Notes: generated by a model not told the origin, from the sequence alone. A DNA stretch of 64,000 bases from Eledone cirrhosa (GCA_964016885.1 OZ024762.1:3410001-3474000), one strand, 5' to 3'. Positions 41,731 to 55,576 are shown, counted from the stretch's first letter. Numbers and translations are program-made.

Positions 41731-42067
41731 AAGAGATCAGTACATTGGCGCCCCACCCTCTCACCTGTCTCCTAAACACATTGGTATCTTAGCAACCTCA
41801 TGGCTTCATGTTGTCACTTCTCTACATCTTAATGGCATTGTTACAGTAGAATTTGGTATGGCTGTGGTGTTGGTATTTGTGGTGGTGGTGGTGGTTGTGG
41901 GAGTGATTCTAATGATGGTGTTGGTGGTGGTAGTGGTAGTGGTGGTGGTTATAGGAGGGGAAGTGAAGGCAAAGATTCTGTTTTGTTTGTTCAGGTTCAT
42001 GGTGTTAGGTATATATGTAGACACATACATACACGAGTATTCCATATATATATATATATATATATAC

Positions 42068-42709
42068 CACGATAAATTAACGGAGCCATAGACTCTCCTT
42101 ATTCCCTGTCAGTAATGTGCTCAAAGGAAAAGGAATCCCGAGCTCTTTAAAATACAATATGTTGAAAAGGTAACACACTAGAGAGAGATAGTGCGCCATC
42201 AATAAAACAGGGAAAACCACCAGTGTATGGAATCTATAATCTATGGAAGGTAGGGTAGACACGCAATAATTAAAAATATAAATTAAAGTGTATATACGTA
42301 CCTCTATAACTATATAACACACGCGTACAAATCCAAAGAGATCTGTTTCGCCAAGAAGTTGTTGACTGAAATGGAATAGCCTATGGTTCATCAGCGCGTG
42401 CAAAGACAACTCTAAGCGTATCTAAAGCGACCGTCCAGCTACGCGCGGCAGAGAGATGTCACAGCGTGTTTAGGACAGTGAACCAGTGATATCTGAGGGA
42501 CGAGCTGCTAGAAAGGGCAGCCCAAAAACCACTCAAAGAAGTGTACTCAACCAAACAGAAAGAGAGAGAGAGGAAAGACTGTTATAAGGAGCGAAATATC
42601 ACGATAAATTACCGGAGCCATAGACTCTCGTTATTCCCTGTCAATAATGTGCTCAAAGGAAAAGGAATCCTGAGCTCTTTAAAATACAATATGTTGAAAA
42701 GGTAACACA
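42068..42709 (-). mobile_element. Partial tandem pLTR / retrozyme-like unit (532-bp period)
   Basis: 110-bp direct repeats 42068-42177 and 42600-42709 enclosing an HHR. Confidence 0.7.
42320..42400 (-). ncRNA. Type I hammerhead
   Basis: CACGCG-CTGATGA-aCCA...TGGC-GAAA-CAGATC..GATTTG-TA-CGCGTG. Confidence 0.8.
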
Positions 42710-42787
42710 GTCAACAACCTCCACTCTCAAGCGTGAAACTAAAAACCATATCATTTGTACTGCATCTCTGTTTTTCGTCCTCTGTTC

Positions 42788-42856
<69 letters not shown>

Positions 42857-42859
42857 ATA

Positions 42860-44335
42860 AACAATACAATATAATTACCTCATTACCAGAGGTTTCCCGA
42901 ATAAGACGAATACAAGAAACGTCCTCATTCGTTCGTCAGACAAGGCAATTTAAAACATAGTGAAATATTTGAAAAATCTCCTCAAGAAAGGCAAAAGTTT
43001 AACGGACAAAAAAAAAATATAAATAAAAGTAATGCAAGAGATATATAAAAATAAAATAAGGAAATATAGTAAGGGTATGTGTATAAATGTGTGTATATGC
43101 ACCTACAAATGTACATATGTGTGTATGTACAAATGCATGTGTATAGTGAAAAAATGTGTGCGTAAGTACATACATGAGGGCAAGCATATCAGTGTATGTG
43201 TGACCACAAATACGTATATAATATATGTTGAAAAAAGAAATTGTAAGATAATAGAGTTAACGTACATACAGACTCAGGGACTAAGGATTGAAATATATAC
43301 ACATACAAGTATGAAAGCACGCGTGTAAACACACACACACGCGCAACCACATACATGCAAGTGATATATACAGGGAAGGGAGTGTATCAGTCAAAGCAGT
43401 GTCAAGCTGAAGGTCGATACATATATAAAAAATATAAAATATAAAAATGAAAAAATATATGAGAATAAAAAAATTAAATCAAAGAAAAAGTAAGAGGGAG
43501 GGGTTATCAATTATAAAGTAACACTAGAAAAAATAGAAAACATACATAGGTTCACACAGGCAATACTAAAAAGCGTGCGAGAGGTGTAAGGGGGATAACT
43601 GCGAAAGTCCGAAAAGTTTCTAGTTGATAAGAAAATTAGGATATTGTGATTCAATCCGGAGCTTTGTAGTTATGTAAGAGGTGTTTCGAGACGTGTAGAC
43701 AACGTGTGAAGAATTCATTTCTCGTGTTTAGGCAATCACTATTGTATAATCTCTTTAGAATATTTATTCGTTCATCAATACATAGTCCACACGACGGATT
43801 TCCCCTTGCGTATGGCTTGGACTTAGTGATGGCTTTCCATTGAATGGAGTAGTCTATACTTGAGTCCTTGAGGGTCCCTACGTGGCTCGCGAGTTTCGTG
43901 GATGAACGTCTGTCCGGGTACCTAAAGGTCGACTGGTGGTTCAGGAAGCGTTCCTTAAATCGGCTCTCCGCCATACCCACATAGGATTTGACCTCCTGTG
44001 GTTGATTTGGTCGGTTGGAAGTGACCACAGCTTCATAAATTACAGCGGGTGTGTTGCATTGCTGTTGAAGGGGACAAGCTTCGGGCTTACGGCAAGAGCA
44101 CTCTGGTGGGGTGTTGCTCTTAGACCTGTTGGTGATGTGGGCCTTCATGTTCTTAGCGCAGGAGTATCTTAGTTTTACTTTGTGTCTGTTAAAGATGGAG
44201 CGGTATTGATGACCTATGGGAAAGTGTCTAAGAGGGCTAGACATTTTTTGCCTACATTGGTTTTAACGTTGAGTGAGAAGGGAGGAGAGAACCAGATAGT
44301 TTGTCTATTGTTACGCTTTCTTTTCTTATTGCCAC
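42860..44335 (-). mobile_element. Penelope-like element 3' part (Naiad/Neptune-like): linker plus GIY-YIG endonuclease (43651-44330, frameshifted) plus 3' UTR
   Basis: IWFSPPFSLNVKTNVGK..HFP..CSCRKPEACPLQQQC..VIYEAVV..YVGMAE.RFKERFLNH..CGLCIDER..LNTRNEFFTRCLH. Confidence 0.9.
42878..42945 (-). ncRNA. Type I hammerhead at the 3' end of the PLE
   Basis: CCTTGT-CTGACGA-aCGAATGAGGACG..CGTCTTATTCGg-GAAA-CCtctGG-TA-ATGAGG. Confidence 0.72.
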
Positions 44336-44541
44336 CCCCTTCACATCTCTCCTAATCTCATTTTCCATCTTTCTCTTTGATAAAAACAATAATCTATAGA
44401 AGGCGAAATGTTGTCAGAGTTAAAAGTTTCAATTGATGTTTTCTGGTTTCTAATCCTTTATTTCTAACTTCCACTCTTGTGTGGAGGTTTACTGCGTCTC
44501 TCTCTCTATCTGTATAACATCTCCCCTCCTCTCCCTACATA

Positions 44542-44581
<40 letters not shown>

Positions 44582-45399
44582 GTCTGCCTGTGTGTGTGTG
44601 TATATATGTTTATTTATATGTATGTATATATATATATGTTTGTATATATATTGGTTTGTATATATTTATATGTATATTTATATATATACACACACACACT
44701 AAAATAAATTTTCTTTCGTATTTGTATTTTCATTTTATATTATATCTATTTGTCTGTCTCTCTCCCCCCTCTCTCTCTCTCTTTCTCTCTCTCTCCCTCT
44801 CTCCCTCTCTCTATATATACACATATAGAGAGGGAGAGACAACGCAGATACAGTTAAACACACTCAAATCTAAAGTATCTATTAAAGCAAAAAAAAAACA
44901 CCACCAACAACAACAACAAAGTCAACATTAACAACAACACCTACATCTACAAAATCAACATTAATAACAGATAAAAAACAGAAGTACCCCCCCCCCCCCA
45001 CACACACACACACCGCCACCACCACTACCTCACTCCCCCACCACTTCACTCCACCACCACACCGCTCCCCACTCCCCCACCATCACAACCCCCTCCCCAC
45101 TTCACCCCCTCACGTCACCCCCTCACTTCACCCCCTCACCTCACCCCTCCCTCACTTCACCCCACACTTCACCCCCCACACTTCACCACCCCCACCCCAC
45201 CATCCCCTCCCAAAAAACAACCCAGTCAAAACTGTAAATACTTTGCAATCGTTTACCGTTTACTGTAAATGTATTTTAAAATTCCATTTAACACATTTCC
45301 ACCATCAAAGTGTATTTGTTGATGTTTCATGGACGTTTAGCAGGTTTTTTATGGACGTTTGTGATGGCGTTTTTTTATTATATAAATGTTTATATATTG

Positions 45400-45432
45400 T
45401 TGGTGATGTTGTGGTTGATGTTGTTGTTGGTG

Positions 45433-45464
<32 letters not shown>

Positions 45465-45700
45465 GTTGTTGTTGTTGTTGTTGTTGTTGCTGCTGCTGCT
45501 GCTGCTGCTGTTGTTGTTGTTGGTGTTGGTGTTGGTGTTGATGTTGGTGGTGGTGTTGGTGGTGGTGGTGGTGGTGGTGGTGGTGGTGTTGTTGGTGTTG
45601 TTGGTGGTGTTGGTGGTGGTGGTGGTGGTGGTGTTGGTGGTGGTGTTGTTGGTGGTGGTGTTGATGTTGTTGTTGCTGTTGTAGGTGGTGGTGATGTTGT
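45400..45700. repeat. (GTT/GGT)n tract
   Basis: Directly visible. Confidence 0.9.
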
Positions 45701-46779
45701 TTTATTATTTTATATGAATGTTTATATATTGTTGTTGTTGATGTTTTTATATATTGTTGTTGTTTTATTATTTTATTGTAATTGGATGTTTAGTAGATTT
45801 AATGGCTTTTACCCCCCCCTTCTTTTTTCTGTCTTTCTTTGTCTCTCTCTGTCTCTTTCCAACACCCACTTTCACTCTCTCTCTCTCTCTGTCTATCTCT
45901 ATCTCACTCTGTCTCTTTCTTTCTAACCCCCCCCCTCTCTGTGTCTCTCTCTTTCTCTCTGACACCCTCTGTATCTGTCTTACTCTGTCTCTTTCTTTCT
46001 CAGTTTTTCTCTCTAAAACCCTCTCTCCGTCTTTATGTCTCTCTTTTTATGTCTCTCTGTCTCTCTATGCCTTTGTCTCTGTCTGTCTATCTGCTTCTCT
46101 TCCTTTCTCTCTTTGTCTTTTTCTCTCTCACTCACTGCCTATCTCTCTATCTCTCTATCTCTCTATCTCTCTATTTATCAATCTCTCTCATTGCTTATTG
46201 ACATCTGACTTATATTGGCTTCTTACCATTTTTTTCTTAAATATCTTGTTGTTGTTGTTGTTGACAGACACACACATACACAGACACACGCATACACAAA
46301 CAAACACATACACAGACAAACAGATACACAGACACACACACATATATATGGTGGTGGTGGTGTGGTGGTGGTGGTGTAGGTGGTGGTGGTGGTGTAGGTG
46401 GTGGTGTGGTGGTGGTGGTGTTGTAGGTGGTGGGGGTGGCGGTGGTGGGGGTGGTGTTGTAGGTGGTGGTGGTGGTGGTAGTGGTGGTGTAGGTGGTGGA
46501 GGTGGTGGTGGCAGAGGCGGTGATGGTGGTGGCGGAGGTAGTGATGGTGGTGGCGGAAATAGTGATGGTGGTGGCGGAGGTAGTGATGGTGGTGGTTGTG
46601 TATGTAGTACATATGTTGTGTGAGAGCTGTGTTATAGTATAGGGTGATGGTGGTGGTGCTGGTGGCAGTGGTGCAGGTGATGATGGTGGTGGTTGTGCTG
46701 ATGGTGTGAGAGTTGTATTGTTTTATTGGGTGATGAAAATAGAATGTGTTGTGTTATAATGAATTGAGAATGCATAGAA

Positions 46780-47000
46780 TATAAACTGTTATATATAAAG
46801 CTTTATATATATATAAACTGTTATATATAAACTATTATATATAAACAGTTATATATAAACTGTTATATATAAACTGGTTTATATAAACAGTTATATATAA
46901 ACAGTTATATATAAACTGTTATAAGCTATGTTACATATAAACTGTTATATATAAATTATGTTACATATGAACTGTTATATGTATATAAAGTGTTATATAT
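46780..47000. repeat. AT-rich short tandem repeat (tatatataaactgt)n
   Basis: Directly visible. Confidence 0.8.
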
Positions 47001-47002
47001 AA

Positions 47003-49401
47003 TAAAGGCAACAGATGAGATCTGTGGCTGGAGTAAGACCACAGGCAGGAGGAGAGTGACTTGGTGGTGGAACAATAAGGTAGATGAGGCAGTTAAGGCC
47101 AAGAGACAGGCATGGAAAGAATGGATGAACGGGGGAAGCAGGGTACATTACATAGAGACCAGGAGGGAAGCTAGGCAACAAGTGTACTTAGCTAGGAGGG
47201 AAGCAGAGGATAGAAAATTAAAGCATGTTTTGCAACGTGAGGACCAGAAACAGGAGGTGTTCAGGATTGCGAGGCAGTGTGTTAGAGAAAAGTGTCATGT
47301 CATTGGAGAGAAGTGTATCCGGAATGATAAAGGTGAGCTTGCCCTCACAAGTGCTGAGAAGAAAGATGCGTGGAAGAGCCATTATGAAAGATTACTAAAT
47401 GAGGAGAATGCATGGGAAGAAGAGACCCTACCCCAAGTAGACCCTATAGAGGGGCCAGCAGTACAAGTCAGCAGCAGTGTAGTAAGTAAGGCAATCAAAG
47501 ATATGAAGACGGGGAAGGCAACCGGTCCATCGGGTATAGCTGCCGAGATGCTGAAGGCATCTGGGTCGGTAGGTCACACCATAACCACACGTATTGTTAA
47601 CTAGGTAATACTAGAAGGTGTCATACCAAAGGATTGGTGCAGCAGCATCATTGTCAACTGCTACAAGGGTAAAGGAGGAAACTATAGAGGTATAAAGCTG
47701 ATGGACCAAGTCATGAAAGTAACAGAAAGAGTTATAGCACAGTTGATTAGGGACCGGGTGAAACTAGAAGAGATGCAATTTGGGTTTGTACCAGGAAGAG
47801 GCACCACTGATGCCCTCTTCCTTGTGAAGCAGTTACAGGAAAAGTACCTAGCTAAAAGTAAGCCGCTCTACCTGGCATTCGTCGATCTCAAGAAAGCTTT
47901 TGACAGAGTTCCCCGGGCTATAATCTGGTGGGCTCTTAGAAAACTAGGAGTAGATGAATGGCTTGTGAAAGCTGTACAAGCCATGTATAGGGGAGCAGTC
48001 AGCAAAGTTAGGATTAGCAATGACTATAGCGAGGAATTTAGCATACAGGTCGGTGTCCACCAGGGCTCTGTTCTTAGCCCTCTCCTGTTCATCATAGTTT
48101 TGCAGGCAACAACGGAGGAGTTTAAGACTGGATGCCCATGGGAACTCCTGTATGCAGATGACCTCGCACTTATAGCTGAATTTATGGTAGAACTAGAGAA
48201 GAAATTCCAAACTTGGAAGCAGGGACTAGAAAGAAAGGGTCTCAAAGTCAACCTGACAAAGACTAAGGTCCTTGTAAGTAGACAAGAAAACAGAACCCAG
48301 ATCCCCCTCAGGGAAATGGCCTTGCTCAGTATGTAGAAAAGGTGTAGGTAGGAACTCCATTCCCTGCCTCAAATGCAAACAATGGGTACACAAGAGATGT
48401 AGTGGGATCTCAGGAAGCTTAACTAAGAATGTAGGCTTTACATGTAGCAGCTGTGCTGGGACAGCAAGCAACAAACAGCCACAGGAAACAAGTACCACCA
48501 AACTTTGGGAGGGCTCTGTAGAAACAGTAGACAGCTTCTGCTACCTAGGTGACTGAATTAGCAGCAGAGATGGGTGTTCAGAAAGTACAATAACTAGGGT
48601 AAGAACGGGATGGAAGCAGTTCAGGGAGCTACTACCACTGCTAGCTGCAAAAGGCTTCTCCCTCAAAATGAAAGGAAGATTGTATGATGCATGTATACGA
48701 ACAGCAATGTTACATGGTAGTGAGACCTGGACACTGTCTGTGGAAGACTTGCGTAGATTAGAAAGAAACGAAGCCTGCATGCTCCGATGGATGTGTAATA
48801 GTAATATACACGAATGGCAAAGCATAAAGGAATTGAGAGAGAGACTGAGCATAAGAGGAATCAAATGCTGTGTGCAGGAGAGGCGGTTGCGTTGGTATGG
48901 ACATGTGATGCGTATGAAGGATGACAGCTGCATAAAAAGGTGCAGAGCACTAGAAGTCGATGGAAACTGCGGAGTGGGGAGACCCAAGAAGACCTGGGAT
49001 GATTGCCCAATTACACCTCTCAAAGGCGATGACACACGACCGTAACCTCTGGCGTCACGCAGTAATACAGAGTACCCGACCCCCCATGGGTACAAGCCGA
49101 AGCTGAAGCATATAGACAATATGCCCCACACCCTACCACTGCAAAGTGGTTGTAGGGGTGCCACGATAAAAAAACACCAGCCCACACTGTAAAGTGGACG
49201 TGTAGGTGCCACGGAAAAAAAGCACCCAGCACTCACTGTAAATGGGGTTGGTGTTAGGAAGGGCATCCAGCTGTAGAAATCAAGCCAGAATCAGTTCCTG
49301 TATGAGCAAGGCAAGGTCAGCCGACTGGACTGCCCACAACAGGACAACCCGTCTAACCCATGCTAGCGTGGAAGAACGGATGTAAAACGGTCATGATGAT
49401 G

Positions 49402-49403
<2 letters not shown>
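47003..49403 (+). mobile_element. 5'-truncated RTE LINE (RT domain to 3' tail), disrupted
   Basis: KATGPSG, NYRGIKL, QFGFVPGRGTTDA, FVDLKKAFDRV, GVHQGSVLSPLLF, LLYADDL; contains stops and frameshifts. Confidence 0.95.
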
Positions 49404-49432
<29 letters not shown>

Positions 49433-49716
49433 GTTGTGTAGAGTTTTTGGTGGTCGATGTGTTGTATATAAACTGTTGTGTATAGTGTTTGGTGATGGCT
49501 GTGTAGAATATATATATATATCGTATATAATATTTGGTATATATATGTGTTGTATATAATTTAGCTTCAAAACAAATTAGGAAACCATCTTTGAGGGCAC
49601 ACATTACACACAATGTATTTTCAACTATATATGTATTGTATATAGTATTAGGGTCACGACAGTATAGTGTATATATATATATACTACTGTGTATAGTATT
49701 AGGTGATGGCTGTGTA

Positions 49717-49757
<41 letters not shown>

Positions 49758-49854
49758 GGAGGTGAGTTTTATTGTAGTACAATAAAGCAATGCAGATATC
49801 GGATAAGAAGCACTCTACAGTTTGTGGGACTGGAGTATGCATAATATAATGCAT

Positions 49855-49900
<46 letters not shown>

Positions 49901-49911
49901 TTATATATATA

Positions 49912-49996
<85 letters not shown>

Positions 49997-50003
49997 TTAT
50001 ATA

Positions 50004-50157
<154 letters not shown>

Positions 50158-50367
50158 TAAAAAAATAATGAATAAAACAATGAAACAGTTCCTTATATTA
50201 AACAAAAAAAGTTCATTATTTAACGATCGTTTCTAGGATATATATGTGTTAGAATTGGCATGCATATTCAACAGATCTATGTACAAAATTATACAAAATT
50301 ATGATATCCGGATTACATTGAGTTCTTCATACGGATTGGACACTACCGTAAACTCTTGGTAGATTTA

Positions 50368-50405
<38 letters not shown>

Positions 50406-50656
50406 TAATAACAGGAGGCTGGACTGGTGTAAATCCTTGAAAGGTTTATTATACTATTATCATTTCAATGACCGGGTTCCATATGAATCCGGTGATATCA
50501 CCAGGTGTTCGAAATATAACAAAGGAATATGTAAAACAAACCTAAAGATATATATATATATATATACATATATACACATATATACATATATATACATATA
50601 TATATATATATACATATACATACATATATATACATATATATATATATATACATACA

Positions 50657-50692
<36 letters not shown>

Positions 50693-50743
50693 CATACATA
50701 TATATATATTTTATCTAATAATTCTAAGGACATGATTTATGAT

Positions 50744-50799
<56 letters not shown>

Positions 50800-50811
50800 T
50801 TAATATAGATG

Positions 50812-50862
50812 AGATTCTACAGGACTAGAACTGTTTCATTCATTAGAAATCATCAGGAATCT
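50812..50862 (-). ncRNA. Type I hammerhead (family A)
   Basis: Reverse complement of 51181-51231. Confidence 0.75.
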
Positions 50863-51180
50863 GGGTATCAAAAAATAAATATGGTATTTATAGGTCTCTA
50901 CAAGTGGTAGGAGAGGGTGGGGAGTGGGATGGGTGCAGGTCATTGGTTGATAGAAAAGGGAATTCATTAAAAGCTAATTCTACAAAGCTATAGTTAATTT
51001 TTATTTTTATTTATATTTATTAATTTTTTTAGAGTAACAAAGGCAGTAACTATAGCTTTGTAGAATTAGCTTTTAATGAATTCCCTTTTCTATCAACCAA
51101 TGACCTGCACCCATCCCACTCCCCACCCTCTCCTACCACTTGTAGAGACCTATAAATACCATATTTATTTTTTGATACCC

Positions 51181-51231
51181 AGATTCCTGATGATTTCTAA
51201 TGAATGAAACAGTTCTAGTCCTGTAGAATCT
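51181..51231 (+). ncRNA. Type I hammerhead (family A)
   Basis: AGATTC-CTGATGA-TTTCtaatGAAT-GAAA-CAGttctagtcCTG-TA-GAATCT. Confidence 0.75.
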
Positions 51232-51313
51232 CATCTATATTAAAACTGTTATACTCTGCTATGTATTGAGTACCTTACTTACTGTGGTTACCTCCGATTC
51301 AACCCGGAATAAC

Positions 51314-51354
<41 letters not shown>

Positions 51355-51522
51355 TGAATTCTGTTGTGCTATTGAGTGGAAGGAAGACAGTATGGAATAT
51401 TGGTTGTGTGAATATGAAAGCTTACAGTGAAATTGGATCAGACTGAGTGTACAGAAGCCAATGTTTCCCCCTTCTTTTGAGAGTAAAAACAAACCAAATA
51501 TGTACATATGTAACATTGGACA

Positions 51523-51610
<88 letters not shown>

Positions 51611-51620
51611 ATATGTATAT

Positions 51621-51964
51621 GGAGGCACATGGCTTAGTGGTTAGAGCATTGGCCTTGCAATCGAAAGGTTGTGAGTTCAATTCTCAGACCGGGTGATGTG
51701 TTGTTTCCTTGAGCAAGACACTTTATTTCACATTGCTCCAGTTTACTCAGCTGTAGAAATGAGATGATAGGGACTGGGGTCCCTATCATTCCACTGCAAA
51801 GTGGTCGTGGAGGTGCCACGGCAAAAAAGCACCCAGCACTCACTGTAAAATGAGGTTGGTGTTAGGAAGGGCATCCAGCTGTAGAAATCAAGCCAGCATC
51901 AGTTCCCGTCCCACCCTTGCAAGCAGGGAAAAGTGGACGTAAAATGAAATGATGATGATGATGA

Positions 51965-51967
<3 letters not shown>
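51621..51967 (+). mobile_element. Full-length tRNA-derived CORE-type SINE with RTE tail
   Basis: A/B boxes; CORE-like tccttgagcaagacact..cagtttactcagctgtagaaatgag; 3' half matches RTE 3' UTR; (GAT)n. Confidence 0.88.
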
Positions 51968-52028
<61 letters not shown>

Positions 52029-52146
52029 TTATTTATATATATTTATAAGTATAAATATATGTATATATATATATATATATATGTGTATATATGTTATACA
52101 TATATATATATATTGTATACATAATATATATATATATATTGTATAC

Positions 52147-52180
<34 letters not shown>

Positions 52181-52428
52181 TATATATATAGATATTTAAA
52201 AGTATAAATATATGTATATATATATATATGTGTGTATATATATATATATGTGTGTATATATGTTATACATATATATATATTGTATACATAATATATATAT
52301 ATATATGTCTGTGTGTGTGTGTGTATATATATAAATACATACATATGTTATACAGACATATATATTGTACATATAATATATATATTATACATATGTGTAT
52401 ATATATATAATATATATATATGTATGTG

Positions 52429-52543
<115 letters not shown>

Positions 52544-52731
52544 CATATATAATAAAGTGGTATTTGTAACTTGATCTGAAAATCAGGTACATCCATGATT
52601 ACATTGACAATGGGATGACCAAAGATGGTTGTGTTTACTTTCCCATAGCTAAAACGCAGCTGAAATAATGATAATGGCTATATATATATATATATATATA
52701 TATATACTTATAGATATACACACATACATGG

Positions 52732-52778
<47 letters not shown>

Positions 52779-52996
52779 GAACCCTTTCAAGCAGGGAAGA
52801 ACGGGCGTAAGATGATGATGATATATATATATATAATATATTAGATATATATATATATATAAATATATATATATAAATATATATGTATATATATATATAT
52901 ACATATAATATATATATATATAATATATTATATATATATATATATATAATATATTAGATATATATATATATATAAATATATATATATAAATATATA

Positions 52997-53036
<40 letters not shown>

Positions 53037-53118
53037 CATATAATATATATATATAATATATTAGATATATATATATATATAATATATTAGATATATATAT
53101 ATATATAAATATATATGA

Positions 53119-53167
<49 letters not shown>

Positions 53168-53415
53168 TATATAGATATAAGTGTGTGTATGTGTGTATGT
53201 GTATATAACAACTATATATAAAAGGATTGGCCGTGTTATTTTTATTGTTGTTGCTGTTGACTTTAGTGCAGTGCATGACAACACAAATTTCTGGTTGATA
53301 TGGAGTCAGCACAAAGCTGTGAAGTAGCTTGTAAATTCTGTATTAGCTTCTTGAACGTTGAAGTATACTACAGTACACAACTACCGAGCATTTTTAAACA
53401 TTATATAATATATTG

Positions 53416-53448
<33 letters not shown>

Positions 53449-53573
53449 ATATATATATATATATTTATAATAGTCATGTCCTCAACAGCACATGTAGATA
53501 TGAAGTGCTGTTCCCTATATATATATATATATATACATGCACCCCTACACACACACATACACATATATGTGAG

Positions 53574-53900
53574 TGAAGGCACATGGCTGAGTGGTTGGAG
53601 CATCAGGTTTACAATTGCAAGGTTGTGAGTTCGATTCTTGGACCGGGCTTTTCGTTGTGTTCTTGAACAAAACACATTATTTCATGTTACTCCCGTTCAC
53701 TCAGCTGTAGAAATGAGTTGCAACGTCACTGGTGCCAAGCTGCATCGGTCATTGTCTTTCCCTTGGACAACATCGGTGGTATGGAGAGGGGAGACTTTTA
53801 TGCATGGGAGATTGCTGGTCTTCCACAAATAATACTGCCCGGACTTTTGTCTCTAGGTCCAAATCCCATGCTCATTCGTGACTGAAGGGGTCTCTACTCT
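53574..53900 (+). mobile_element. CORE-type SINE with a different tail
   Basis: Same head and core as 51621; unrelated 3' part. Confidence 0.7.
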
Positions 53901-53907
53901 TTATATA

Positions 53908-54247
53908 TCATCATCATCATCATCACCGCTTTACGTCCGTTCTTCCATGCTAGCATGGGTTCGACGGGTTATCCTGTTGTGGGCAGTGTCTGGTCGGCTG
54001 ACCATGCCTTGCTCATACAGGAACTGATTTTGGCTTGATTTCTACAGCTGGATGCCCTTCCTAATACCAACCTCATTTACAGTGAGTGCTGGGTGCTTTT
54101 TCCGTGGCGTCTACAAGTCCACTTTACAGTGGAAGGGGTAGGTGCTTTTTTGCCGTGGCACCTCCACGACCACCTTTCAGTGGGAGGGTGTGGGTGCATA
54201 TTGTCTATATGCTTCAGCTTGTACCCATGGGGGGTCGGGTACTCTGT
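53908..54247 (-). mobile_element. RTE 3' UTR fragment
   Basis: Reverse complement of 49065-49403. Confidence 0.85.
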
Positions 54248-54273
54248 ATATAGATAGATATTTCTCATTCTAT

Positions 54274-54305
54274 ATTCTGATGAAGGACTAGCATCCGAAA
54301 CGTTA
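54274..54305 (+). ncRNA. Minimal hammerhead-like motif (family B)
   Basis: CTGATGA-A-GGActagcaTCC-GAAACGTT; stem I weak; copies at 62522-62555 (-) and 12537-12573 (-). Confidence 0.5.
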
Positions 54306-54395
54306 TGACTCTATTCCTACTATATCAAGTGTAAAACTAATAATATATTTCTTCATTGTGCTGTGTAATTTGCTTTGTTATTTCTGTTTGCCTTT

Positions 54396-54469
<74 letters not shown>

Positions 54470-54581
54470 ATTGTTATATATATATAATTGTTTACAACAT
54501 TACTGGTGCTTTATTTTATCGACCCTGTAAGGATGAAATGTGATTTGTATCGAACGTTTTCTAACACCTACACTTTTTTCA

Positions 54582-54613
<32 letters not shown>

Positions 54614-55191
54614 TTATTTATATATACATATATATATATATATATATTTATATATACATTATATATATATATTAAACAACAACAGAGGGCCGGACTGGAA
54701 AGTCACTATACATATTTCGCTATACATGTGTCAGCTCCATCATCCAATTATGATGCAAGACAGAATGATCTCATCAGGTGATATTCACAGAATTACTTAA
54801 CAGGATTACGTTGAACCCAAACATATAATGGAAGACATGGAAAAGAGAAGAGAAAATTGAAACTTGAAAATTCGATACAGGGGCTGCCTGCAATAAAAAC
54901 TGTTATATTGGTATGAGGCAGTCCCTGAATGCTTCTTGGTGGTATTTGTTACAAGCACAGGCATCGCTTGATATGTGACATTTTCTGTGATGCATGGTAT
55001 TGCTGGCCACAGGCAAGTCCCTAACAGGACTAAAAAGCCACGTCCATGATACTCATGTTTAAGTATGAAGCGATGGCATTACTCAAAATCAAGTTGCAGC
55101 CAAATGAGCCTTCTGGCTTAAGACAGACTTTAGACGTTTATATATATGTATATATATATACAAAATATATACATATATAATATATATACAT

Positions 55192-55376
55192 GGAGGCACA
55201 TGGCTTAGTGGTTAGAGCATTGGCCTTGCAATCGAAAGGTTGTGAGTTCAATTCTCAGACTGGGTGGTGTGTTGTTTCCTTGAGCAAGACACTTTATTTC
55301 ACATTGCTCCAGTTTACTCAGCTGTAGAAATGAGATGATAGGGACTGGGGTCCCTATCATTCCACTGCAAAGTGGT
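55192..55376 (+). mobile_element. CORE SINE truncated by the assembly gap
   Basis: Matches 51621-51805. Confidence 0.85.
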
Positions 55377-55576
55377 NNNNNNNNNNNNNNNNNNNNNNNN
55401 NNNNNNNNNNNNNNNNNNNNNNNNNNNNNNNNNNNNNNNNNNNNNNNNNNNNNNNNNNNNNNNNNNNNNNNNNNNNNNNNNNNNNNNNNNNNNNNNNNNN
55501 NNNNNNNNNNNNNNNNNNNNNNNNNNNNNNNNNNNNNNNNNNNNNNNNNNNNNNNNNNNNNNNNNNNNNNNNNNNN
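55377..55576. other. Assembly gap (200 N)
   Basis: Run of n. Confidence 1.

Larger units (their letters stand above)
50796..51317. mobile_element. PLE pseudo-LTR inverted dimer (family A)
   Basis: Apparently perfect 201-bp arms 50796-50996/51047-51247, 50-bp spacer, 70-bp tail, (TA)n on both sides. Confidence 0.85.

Noticed and set aside
51621-51692. tRNA gene
   Set aside because: tRNA-like head continues into the CORE and RTE tail, and is multicopy: a SINE, not a tRNA.
53218-53298. Signal-peptide-like KGLAVLFLLLLLLTLVQC
   Set aside because: No ATG (ATA), built on TTG repeats, weak donor, and downstream of the Ly6 gene.
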